Of a DNA stretch of 64,000 nt, positions 48,111 through 59,077 are shown piece by piece (position 1 is the first letter of the stretch; each line of letters starts with the position of its first letter). Made by a program: the position numbers and the translations under genes. This stretch comes from Macrostomum lignano (lineage: Eukaryota): the NCBI GenBank assembly GCA_002269645.1, contig NIVC01000769.1:248001-312000 (forward strand), in the 5' to 3' direction. A model generated the notes under the pieces. The model worked only from the letters and a program-made list of their open reading frames with translations. It was not told the origin of the DNA and did not search any database.

Positions 48111-51100
48111 TCATACATAGACGCTTATCGTGTCATGAAATCCCGCAAGCGCCGCTTGAAGTTGCTTCAGTCGAGGCCGGCAGTCCGGTCGATAATGCCA
48201 GCAGCTGTGCATGATGGAGAATCTGAAATGTGTTAAAACCATCGACACAGCCTGATGGCTCCACATCTTTCCATCGCGTTTTCGAGAGGACAGGCGGTGT
48301 ACATATTTGACAGCATTTTTTGCATTATCTGCGAGCTTAAATAGAAGTAGTGCCTCAAGTTCGATTCTGACTACTTGAAATAGAGAATAAACCTCACAGC
48401 TGGTCCGGACAGTTGGTCGGCTTCGTCAATCTGAAGCCTTGGCGCAGATGGCGGCTCATCTCCAGCGGGTCAACTCGACTGTACGGCTGCTGGCACCTGG
48501 TGATGAGCTCCCAAAGCGTCACTCCCAGCGACCAAATGTCGGAGGCTGGCGAGAACTTTCGCTCGATCAGGGCTTCGACGGACAGCCACTTGACTGGTCG
48601 GCTGTCGCCGTCCCCTGTGCACTCGTAGTCCGCCGGGAACAGGTCCTTGGCCAGGGCCGCGTCCCCGATGCGCACCGTACCGTCCGCCGTCAGGCTGCGG
48701 AGGGTGGCCAGGAGCAAGCTCTAGCAATGGACGCACTTTGTTATAAAGCTCTCAAAAAATCCTCACACGCAGTTGCGACAGGCGAGATCCCTGTGCACCA
48801 CTTGCATGCGGTGCAGATAGGCCAGACCCTTGCCGATCTGCACCGCCATGTGCAGCAGCTGCTGTGTGGACAGGGTCTGGCGGAGGTAGTCGGGGGCGTA
48901 CGAATTCTTAGTCTGCATGCGAGCGATACAGGGAGTTCTAGATAAGACCATCCGGATGGGGAAACCGACCGGTCACATCCATTTTCCCTATTCTATCAAG
49001 ATCAATAGATTTACTAGGCAGAGCTCCCGTGTTATTCAAGTGGCTTTCAAACGTTTTTTTCCTTGCCACAAAGCTGTCATTTTCATCACGCATTCGTCTA
49101 TGCTTTCCGTGTTCCCAAAAATGGAATGAAGTTTTGTGTATGCACTAGCAGGATAAGCTTATGCAGAACCGAGCTTATTAAGGTTACAACAGATCGCCCT
49201 ACTAACGAGTAGTAGGAAAGGACTGCAAAGGGAATCTTTTATTGTGTTGCACAAAGAGTTGCACACTGTAGATTCGAACGCTTGCCTACCGGTACTGGTG
49301 ACTTCTTGTTCAAATCCCAGTTTTCGGGGGAAACATATTTAACAAGGTTAAAAAGAACTGAATTCCTACGAGTACTTAATAGGTAAGAAATTTGGGTCAA
49401 TGAGAGTTTATCGCAAGTGAATTGCCCCGCGAGTGAAATTTCCCACTAGTGATTTGCTCGCGGAATGCATTAGCTTAGCAAGTAATTACCAGCGAAATTA
49501 AAAATCCTGCCTGTCATAACGTGACTCTCTGCTGCAACACCTGATGAAATTAAAAAATTGACCTGCAGTTGCTATCGAGTCACTATCGGATTGACTTATT
49601 GAGCATTCCACGAAATATTGACCAGCAAATTCACTCCAGACAGAAAATTCTAATACCAAGGACAACTTTAGTAGAAGGACTCAACACTCGAAATCTATGG
49701 TAAATGTTTTGAAGGCCACTTTTCACCGAAAAATACACTACAGAGATTGGAGGTTTTAATTTTTCAGCACAAAAATTGTTATTGCTTTCGATAGGAGGCA
49801 GACCCAGTGTTCATCTTTTGATATGTTGTGCCTTCCTTATAGCTCTATTGATATTCATAAAGCTTTTCGTTCAGAAAATTAGGATTCAAATGTTCAATTC
49901 TTATTCTAAGTACATTTGCATTTCTCCTGTGCCTAAAAATCATTAAAATGGCACGGCTCAGCTCATTGGTTTATGAATCCATTTTGTCATTCTTAGCTGA
50001 CTGTAACAATATGTGTAACAGAGATGATGAGGCCTTCAAAACATTTACCATAGATTTCGAGTGTTTCGTCCTATATACCGTGGCGCACAATGAATTGGGA
50101 CTACCAAGTAAAATTATTTTTTTGGCATACTGGTCTTTGAACTAAATTCAAGTACTAAATTGGAAGTAAAACTTGTAGTAATATTACTTTATGTTATTTA
50201 TTTAGTATTTTGGCTCAATTTCCAGCAGTGTTTAGTTCAAAAAGCTGATATTTGAATGGGAAGTACAGTTTTAGGTTTAACATTGAAATAAGACCATATA
50301 TAAATACTTGGGAAATAAGCCAAGCAAATGTCACTGATATCAAACTAACTACTCTAATACTTCGTAGCAGGTCCTTTTGACTTAATCACACAGCATTGCA
50401 CCGCCTAGGCATGCTGTCCACCAGCTTCTGGCACACTTCTGCCGCAATGGCAGCCCACGAGTCCTAAATGATACGGTACAGCTGATCAAGGGAAGCTGGC
50501 TGCTGCCTCTGGATGTCCGTCCCGCTCAACCCAGTTCCACCATTTCTTAATCGGATTGAGGTCTGGTGACTGCGCTGGCCAGTCCATGGTGCGGATGTTG
50601 TTCTCAGCAAGCCATGCATTCACAAACTTGGAGGTTTGCTTCGGATGGTTGTCCTGCTGAAACTGCCAGCTGTTCACTACACCCAGTGGCAGCGCAACTA
50701 CTGCCTCTTGTAGGTGGCTACCGAGGATGCCACGGTACTTCTGACTGTCCATGACGCCCTCAATGCGAGTTATTGGCCCAGGCCCAGCTCACAATCCAGC
50801 CCACACCATGACATTACCACCTCCATGCTTCATGGTACCAACGGTGCACCTGGGATCGAGTTCCTCACCAGCTCGGTGGCGCACATATTGGCGGCCGTCA
50901 GAATCAGTGCGGGAAATTTGCTCTCGTCACTCCAGTTGGTCTTGGCCCAGTCCTGGGGTGTCTAGCTTGCATGCTGCTTCGGCCAGTTCAAGCGCCGCTT
51001 CCCGGTTTTTGTCGGAGATAAACGGCTTCTTCCTAGCAATGCGGCCTTGCAGTCCAGCAGCTACCAGACGGCGGCGGACAGTCATGGGGTGCAGCTGGAC

Positions 51101-54100
51101 ACCACTGGGCACCAGAAGTTCACGGCTGATGTCCACAGCGGTGAGCCGACGGTTTGACTCGGACACTCGCACAATTCGTCGATCCAGTCCGTGGTCAGTT
51201 TTCGGTGCCCTGCCAGGTCTTGGGGCACAGCCTGTGCTGCCTGTGCTGCTGAGGCGCCTGAGGGCTTGCTGGACGCGTGTTTTTTTTACTTTCCCAGCTG
51301 CGTGGCTTTGGCTCGCTGGGAAACTCCTTGGTCGAACAGGATCTTTATTTTGCTACACGACTCAGGCGATAGAGCTCTGCCTTTTCCCATTCTGGGAGAG
51401 TTCAAGATCATTTTTTGCTTGGAGTAGTATTCATTCATAGTAATTCATTGTGCGCCACTGTATATGTTACTTGAGTAGTCCTTGTCTAATACTCCATGAG
51501 CGACAGTCTACGGGAATGCGGGGCTGTAATGCTCACGCTCACGTGGTCCGGCCGGCCGGCGCGGCTGTCGATCAAGCGCAGCTTCAGGTTGCCGCCAGCC
51601 GGGTTGGGGTAGATCAGGTGCGGCCTGGGATCGCCGGGCGGCATGGTCGAGGCAAGCAGCGGATTGACGTGCCTGTGCTGCAGGCCGGCCAGCAGGACTC
51701 CCGACTGCGACACGGCGCTCAGCTGGTCAAGCCGGGCAGCCTCTGCTCGTGCAGCGATGAAGGAAAAACGGCAGCTGAGCCTTTCATTGTCCGGTTTAAC
51801 TGGACAGCTTACTCGACCTCCCATTAAGTTTTTTGAGTTCAGGACCTAGAGTGAGCACACCTGTGCTTGTCTTCAGGACCTAGTGTGAGAAACACCTGTG
51901 CTTGTCTTCAGGACCTAGTGTGAGCACACCTGTGCTTGTCTTCAAGATTTAGAGTGAGCACACCTGTGCTTTCATACAGGGCCAGAGTGAGCACACCTGT
52001 GCTTTCATACAGGGCCAGAGTGAGCACACCTGTGCTTTTCATACAGGGCCAGAGTGAGCACACCTGTGCTTTTCATACAGGGCCAGAGTGAGCACACCTG
52101 TGCTTGCCTTCAGGACCTAGTGTGAGAAACACCTGTGCTTGTCTTCAGGACCTAGTGTGAGCACACCTGTGCTTGTCTTCAAGACCTAGAGTGAGCACAC
52201 CTGTGCTTTCATACAGGGCCAGAGTGAGCACACCTGTGCTTTCATACAGGGCCAGAGTGAGCACACCTGTGCTTTTCATACAGGGCCAGAGTGAGCACAC
52301 CTGTGCTTTTCATACAGGGCCAGAGTGAGCACACCTGTGCTTTTCATACAGGGCCAGAGTGAGCACACCTGTGCTTTCATACAGGGCCAGAGTGAGCAAA
52401 TGAGCAACCATCTAGCCGCAACTTGATGGGTTGCTGAACACCAGAACCCATCTCTTAATTGCCTGCAGCCGGTCATTAATTAGATATTTATCCTGAGTTT
52501 ACAGTTATGCTGTTCTAAATTGACTTGGCCAGCGGAAACAAAACTGCTCTGCTTTTTTAACATCGATTTATCAGTGGATTAATAACTTTTTCCATAGGCG
52601 TAATGGAACTGGCGAGCTGGAATAGTTTTTCTCTGCTAGATTATTAAGTTCGTATGCCGCTATTCCAAGCTAGCAAGCTTGCTCTAAGCAATTCCTGCAT
52701 TCCAATCGATGCCTCACTGGCTGTCGGCTTCGACCAGGCCTGTTCCCACGCACACCCGTCAGCCCCCGGAGAGCCCGCTGCCGCTCAACCCGCAGCTTCT
52801 CGACGCTCACTTTGCCTGGCAATCAGGAAATTGCATTCGACCGGGACTGCGATGCCCAAGGTTGGGAAACAGGGGGCGGGGCTGCGTGAGAAATATCCCA
52901 CGCCATCCAACGTTTCCCATCGGGACTGCGGGTAGTTGGTTGGTTTTCGTTTCCACTGGCTAAACGCACTTTGCTGTCCAGTTTGTAATCGCCTGGCAGT
53001 TGCGGATAGAGGGACGATAAATTCGCTCAAAGAGCTTAGATGAGAGAAGAGTGACATAGTTTGCTTGTGTTTTTTTCGGCAGAAATGTGCTTTTATAGTT
53101 GGATCCGAGAAATTCTAAAATCGTGCGTTTATTGATGTCTATGAATTTAGTGCTTTGGAATGGGATTGTGTTGGAATCATGCTTTGCAGAATTGCGGTGT
53201 TGGAATGGGAGTTGGAGTTGCGGAGTTGGAACTGAGGTGCTGTAATTGGGGCTGGCGGAGTTGAAGTGCTGGAATCTGGGTGGCTGGAATTGGGATGCTG
53301 GAATTGGGGTGCTGGAATTGGGGTGCTGGAACCTGGGTGGCTGGAATTGGGATGCTGGAATTGGGGTGCTGGATTTGGGGTGCTGGAATTGGGTTGCTGG
53401 AATTGGGGTGCTGGAATTGGGGTGCTGGAACCTGAGTGGCTGGAATTGGGATGCTGGAATTGGGGTGCTGGAATTGGGGTACTGGAATTGGGGTACTGGA
53501 ATTGGGGTGCTGGAATTAGGGCGCTGGAATTGGAATGCTGGAACCTGGGTGGCTGGAATTGGGATGCTGGAATTGGGGTGCTGGAACCTGGGTGGCTGGA
53601 ATTGGGATGCTGGAATTGGGGTGCTGGATTTGGGGTGCTGGAATTGGGGTGCTGGAATCTGGGTGCTGGAATTGGGATGCTATAATCTGGGTGGCTGGAA
53701 TTGGGGTGCTGGAATCTGGGTGCTGGAATTGGGATGCTGGAATTGGGGTGCTGAAATTAGGGTGTTGAAATCGAAGTGTTGGAGTTGGGTGGCGTTGGAA
53801 TATGCTGGTAAAATTTGGAGTTAGTTTTAATCAGCATCCCCAATCATCGATTACCATACATGTAATTATGAACGTTAATTGGCTAAACCGAAATCGCCCT
53901 CGATTCAGCCACTCACCGACCACTGTCTTGATCAGCACCTCCTCGCGCCCACTCTTGACGATGTTCCTACCACGGCCGTGGGGCGGCTCCCAGCTGCCTC
54001 GGTACACCAGACCGTAGCAGCCTGCAGTGTGGCGGGCGTGCTTCAGAGTTCTCACGCAGCCAGCACCTGAAATATCTGGACCGAAGTCAATATATCTGGT

Positions 54101-57100
54101 CACAGGGCTCACCTTCCATTAGGGTGTACTCAAGGCTGACTGTATGCCACGCGGTTTGAACCTTCAACAGAATGTCCCGAGGGCTACTGATGCGGCGTTG
54201 CACTATGGGTGAGGCGCCCAACTGGTGGCTGGGCTGGTCTGCAGGCGGTGGAGCGAGGATAGGGATTTAATCTTAGATATTAGACATCTACCTTAGACAT
54301 CTACTCTGAGCCTTAGACATCTACTCTGAGCCTTAGACATCTACTCTGAGCCTTAGACATCTACTCTGAGCCTTAGACATCTACTCTGAGCCTTAGACAT
54401 CTACTCTGAGCCTTAGACATCTACTCTGAGCCTTAGACATCTACTCTGAGCCTTAGACATCTACTCTGAGCCTTAGACATCTACTCTGAGCCTTAGACAT
54501 CTACTCTGAGCCTTAGACATCTACTCTGAGCCTTAGACATCTACTCTGAGCCTTAGACATCTACTCTGAGCCTTAGACATCTACTCTGAGCCTTAGACAT
54601 CTACTTTGAGCCTAATGGGCTGTAGTCTAGTGATTAGAGCGTCGGACTCACGATTTAAAGGTCGGGGGTTCCATTCTCGACCCACTCGGAACAATTTGTG
54701 TCCTTGAGCAAGACACAACTCTGCATTGCTTCAGTTCACCCAGCTGTAAAATGGGTGCCAGCATTAGCTGGGGTAATTGAGGCTGTGTGTGGCGACCCCC
54801 CAGTCCTTGGACTGAACAGCCGTACGCAGCCTTCAGATGCGCCGAGCAATAACTGCGGCTGAGCTGTTGGTTGTACATCTGACCAACTGGGGCAGGTGCA
54901 ATCAATTGTTATTATTATTTTCTCTTAAATAAGGCTGAGACATTTTCTCTCAGCCTTAGACATCTCTCAGCCTTGGATATCTCTCAGCCCTAGACATCTA
55001 CGAGTACTCTCTTAGCCTTAGACATCTACTCTCTCAGCCTTAGACCACTACTCTGAGCCTTAGACATTCTCACTCAGCCTATTTATTGTGAGTTATACAC
55101 AGCTTTCAGAAATTGAATCAATAGGAGCATTCCCAGATCTATAATTCTCAGCGTCGTCTCACTGGAGGAGGTGGCCCTGCTGGTCAGGCTGCAGCTGTCC
55201 GACCCGTCGCTCCAAATCACTGCCGTGCTCTGCAGCGTGCGGCCTTTTAACGCCGCCGCTTTGCCAGCCGACGCAGCTGCGGTGGCGGCGCCAGAGCTGG
55301 CCTTTTTCAAGCGGAAGCAGCGGCATAGCAGCAGGTAGGTGACCGCTGCCGCGGCCAGCAGCGCCACAAGCAACACAAACAGCAGCGGGAGCAGCAGTCT
55401 CAATGCCGCTGGCGTGCGCACCGCGACAGCCGCCTGATTGGTTTCAGAGAGAACTGACTGCTCTCGTGTCTCTGCTGTAGACTTGTTATCTGACTTTGGC
55501 TTCTCTTCTGTAAATTTTTCAATGAAATCAAGCTTTAAATTCATTGAGAGAGTTTGACGTATTTTTGTATTTAATATACGAGTGTAATTGGTAGTTAACT
55601 TCTGGCTTTTGCTCTCCAAGATACTTCAATTTTTATCACAACACCCTTCCCAATACCCCAGTTCCCTTCCCACCACCCCAGTTCCCTTCCCATCCCCTCC
55701 AATTCTCCTCCCACCACCCCAGTTCCCTTCCCACCACCCCAGTTCCCTTCCCACCACCCCAGTTTCCTTCCCACCACCCCAGTTCCCTTCCCACCACCCC
55801 AATTCCCTTCCCACCACCCCAATTCCCTTCCCACCACCCCAGTTCCCTTCCCACCACCCCAGTTTCCTTCCCACCACCCCAGTTCCCTTCCCACCACCCC
55901 AATTCCCTTCCCACCACCCCAGTTCCCTTCCCACCACCCCAGTTCCCTTCCCACCACCCCAGTTCCCTTCCACCACCCCAGTTCCCTTCCCACCACCCCA
56001 GTTCCCTTCCCACCACCCCAGTTCCCTTCCCACCACCCCAGTTCTCCTCCCACCACCCCAGTTCCCTTCCCACCATCCCAGTTCCCTTCCCACCACCCCA
56101 GTTCCCTTCCCACCACCCCGGTTCCCTTCCCACCACCCCAGTTCCCTTCCCACCACCCCAGTTCCCTTCCTACCGCTCAGCAAACTCCGGCGATTCCCGG
56201 CAGTCCGGCCGCACAATTTTCGCCTGCGAATCCGCAGTTGCACAGGCGGCTCGCCAGGCCGTAGGGTGACATTCAGCAGGATGGCCAGCGGAACCTCGGC
56301 GAGCGCTGCCCCAGTGCAGGGTAGCGAGGCGTCGAATGCTGCAATTTAAACAAAAGCGATTGTAAAAAAATTCGGCATAGCTTTCGTTCTGAGAAAAATA
56401 TTCGTCTACTGGCCAATAATTTTGCTCCCTTTCCGTCAACCTTTGCAGTCGTTATCACCTTCTGTCTCCTTTACGTCTTTCGACGCCAAGAATTGCCTTA
56501 TTTTTCGAAGCTTTATTGGATAGAAAAGCAGGGCGAAGTACATGTGCTTCCATTTTGATTTGCTTTTCTCTTGGCTGTCACACCTGGCGCCTCTCCGATC
56601 CCCCCACATTAAACCAGGACACACACACTATTCACCTTAGGCCGCTCAATCCCTCAGTCTCGTGTCCTCAGTCCCTCAGTTTCAGTCCCTCAGCCTCAGT
56701 CCCTCAGTCTCGTGTCTTCAGTCATTAGCCCCTCAGTCCCTTTTGTCCCACAGTTACTCAATTCCAGTATCGTGTACTCAGTCCCTCAACCTCAGTCCCT
56801 CAGTACCTCAGTCCCTCAGTCTCATGTCCTCAGTCCCCCAGTCTCATGTCCTCAATCCCTCAGTCTCACTTCCTCAATCTCTCAGTCTTAGATCCTCAAC
56901 CCAGTATCCCTACTTGAGTCGGCGTGCGGCACGAATCCCTGGGCAGCAATGCTTAACACTGGCGAGCCCATGGCTTTCTGGTCCTCCACCGAGAAGCCGA
57001 TCGAGTAGGGCATCTGAAATTATTGTATCGCTTACGAATAGATTACGCGTTCACTGCTAAAACTAGACGAATTAATTAAATAATCACTTCACGTTGACTG

Positions 57101-58058
57101 CGAGCTACATTGCGAGCTCAATTACATTGCGACCATCTAACTGTCCCCAAAGTGGTATCAAATGCGAAAGCAAAAGTGGCAAAATATGCCATTATTGGTG
57201 GAAAAGCGAGTTTTTTGTTGTTCCAAAACAGTTGGCTTTTCTTCCAACCGCCGATAGCCCACTCGCCTCGTGGCCGGCCCTGTTGGCCCAGCGAAATCGC
57301 AGCTTTGCCACCGACAGCGGCACGGAGATGCTGAAGCCGAGCGCGTATTTGTTCACCGTGCCATTGAACACGTAAAAGACCCTGGAGGCGTTGCCTGATC
57401 CTGCGGGTTGAGCCAGTCTGCCTTTCATAGGGCCTGTCCTTGTGTCTGTCTCAGTGTCTGACCGGGTGTCTGTCATGTCTGTCCTAGTGTTTATGTGTCT
57501 GTCCTAGTGTCTCTCCGGGTGTCTGTCCTAGTGCTTCTGTGCCTGTCCTAGTGTTTCTGTGCCTATCCTAGTGTTTTTGTGTCTATCCTATTGTTTTAGT
57601 GTCTCCGGGTGTCTGTCCTAGTGTTTATGTGTCTGTCCTAGTGTCTGTCCGGGTGTCTATCCTAGTGTTTTTGTGTCTGTCCTAGTGTTTTTGTGTCTAT
57701 CCTATTGTTTTAGTGTCTCCGGGTGTCTGTCCTAGTGTTCTAGTGTTTGTCCGTGGTGTCTGTCCTAGTGTTCTAGTGTTTGTCCGGGGTGTCTGTCTTA
57801 GTGTTCTAGTTTTGTCCGTGGTGTCTGTCTTAGTGTCTATCATATTGTTTTAGTGTCCGTCCTAGTGTCTATCTAACTTAGTTTCTGTTAGAATTAGTGA
57901 GGCTGATTCACAGCCAGATTAATAAGAAACTTACTGACAGCAGCTCTCATATCATTGCGGGTCACATAGAGGTCAAGCAGTCCAGCACCGAGAGGCAAAC
58001 TCTCGAGCAGCCCTAGTAGAAGCAGCATCATCATCAGTGGTGCCAGCTTCTCAGCCAT
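48111..58058 (-). CDS. RYK: RYK/Derailed Wnt receptor (WIF domain, TM, tyrosine pseudokinase), 10 exons: 58058-57935, 57400-57267, 57013-56914, 56338-56174, 55507-55163, 54066-53917, 51742-51543, 48876-48767, 48694-48398, 48222-48111
   Basis: Signal peptide; WIF-like VNKYALGFSISVP..LRFRW, LPCTG..EV..LLNVT, RRRKLC; TM helix; VLIKTV, HRDLACRNC, DAALAKDLFP.DY.C.GD..SRPVKW; C-terminal SVYV (RYK ends GAYV); all splice phases are consistent. Confidence 0.93.
50078..51460 (-). mobile_element. Defective Tc1-family DNA transposon (1383 bp) in RYK intron 7; transposase pseudogene 51390-50354
   Basis: 19-bp TIRs c(c/a)gtggcgcacaatgaatt with TA on both flanks; TVRRRL..GLQGRIARKKP, FQQDN.PK, WPAQSPDLNPI, SMPRRC.AV..KY*; frameshifts, an internal stop, and NPIE changed to NPIK. 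Confidence 0.92.
51843..52398. repeat. 33/34-bp minisatellite (gagtgagcacacctgtgctt[t]tcatacagggcca and variants) in RYK intron 6
   Basis: Directly visible. Confidence 0.93.
53215..53800. repeat. Degenerate minisatellite of about 14 bp (ggggtgctggaatt) in RYK intron 6
   Basis: Directly visible. Confidence 0.9.
54292..54614. repeat. Homogeneous 20-bp minisatellite (ccttagacatctactctgag), about 16 copies; degenerate relatives at 54935-55081
   Basis: Directly visible. Confidence 0.97.
54617..54920 (+). mobile_element. tRNA-derived SINE family B with a CORE-like central domain
   Basis: Head gggctgtagtctagtg...ggttccattctc (A/B-box-like); gtgtccttgagcaagacac...cttcagttcacccagctgtaaaatggg resembles the MIR CORE as recalled; (tat)n tail. 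Confidence 0.75.
55655..56170. repeat. 20-bp minisatellite (agttcccttcccaccacccc), about 25 copies, in RYK intron 4
   Basis: Directly visible. Confidence 0.95.
56640..56910. repeat. Degenerate (cctcagtc)n repeat in RYK intron 3
   Basis: Directly visible. Confidence 0.8.
57430..57880. repeat. Degenerate gtgtctgtcctagtg-based repeat in RYK intron 1
   Basis: Directly visible. Confidence 0.8.
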
Positions 58059-59077
58059 GTTAGCGCAGCCTGTTGAGGCTGAGTTGGCATCGGCATGTTG
58101 CAATTTGTTTGGATATTTGAGCAACTGCGGAGCAAATGGACTCCGCGGTTGGCTTTCCACCAATCGCCAGTCGAAAATAAAAGATCGCCGAGTCAGTTAA
58201 TCCAGTTGCCTACTTCTAGTAGCTAATTGACATGTATTTTGAAAGCCAATAATGTTGAATTACAGTTAATGAGCGCGCTACAGTCGCAATTCAGACCGAA
58301 GAGGCATTTTCAGTTTTTAGTTATTATTTCTCACTACATATAACTCTAACTCCGTATCAGTTATTACAGGCGCTCTGCTCGAACTCGTTAATAAATTACC
58401 CAAATACTTCTCAGACACTACATGATTGCTACCCAGACACTGCTCGAATGCTAGTCGGAAACTACTCAGACACTACTCGGACACTACTCGGATATTACTC
58501 GGACACTACTCTGAGTACACTACACTCGTTTTGTGTGCTAATATTATCGAGTTATATTACGAAGAGACTAGATAGCACCTAGCTTTATTCGTTTAGTGTA
58601 TGCTCGTAAGTTTCACGTTTACAAGTTAACGAACTCATTGCTTGAACATTACGGCCTATTGATGTCACTACGAAGGTAGGCTAACTTGTACGTAGACCCA
58701 GAGAAACAGGTAGAAAAAGCAGAAGCACAGTAAGACTTTCTCCGGTTGCAAGTAAATTGCCCTTACTTTTTAACCAAAAATTTTTCCTGGATACTACGAG
58801 TACTATAAAATAAAGCATTAAAATGTCAAATACAAGGTAAATGCAAGCTATCATTTATAGTTTCGGCTCATATGATTTTTGTTTCGGCCTGAATGTTATA
58901 AAAACCGGTTAAAAAGATTCAAACCAAAATTAGAGTAGACAGTTAAAGCAAAACTTTAATCAGCCCTCAATGCCGCAAACATGTATATTTGTTTCAGTCG
59001 ATTCCGCTTATTCCGATAAAGTTAAAAAAGAGAAAGAAAAACGGTTTCTACTCAACAGTCTGTCAAAGTAAATTTTG

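Noticed and set aside
53246-56349. Trp/Gly-rich and Pro-rich ORFs (53246-53824, 55588-56349 and overlapping)
   Set aside because: Translations of intronic minisatellites within RYK
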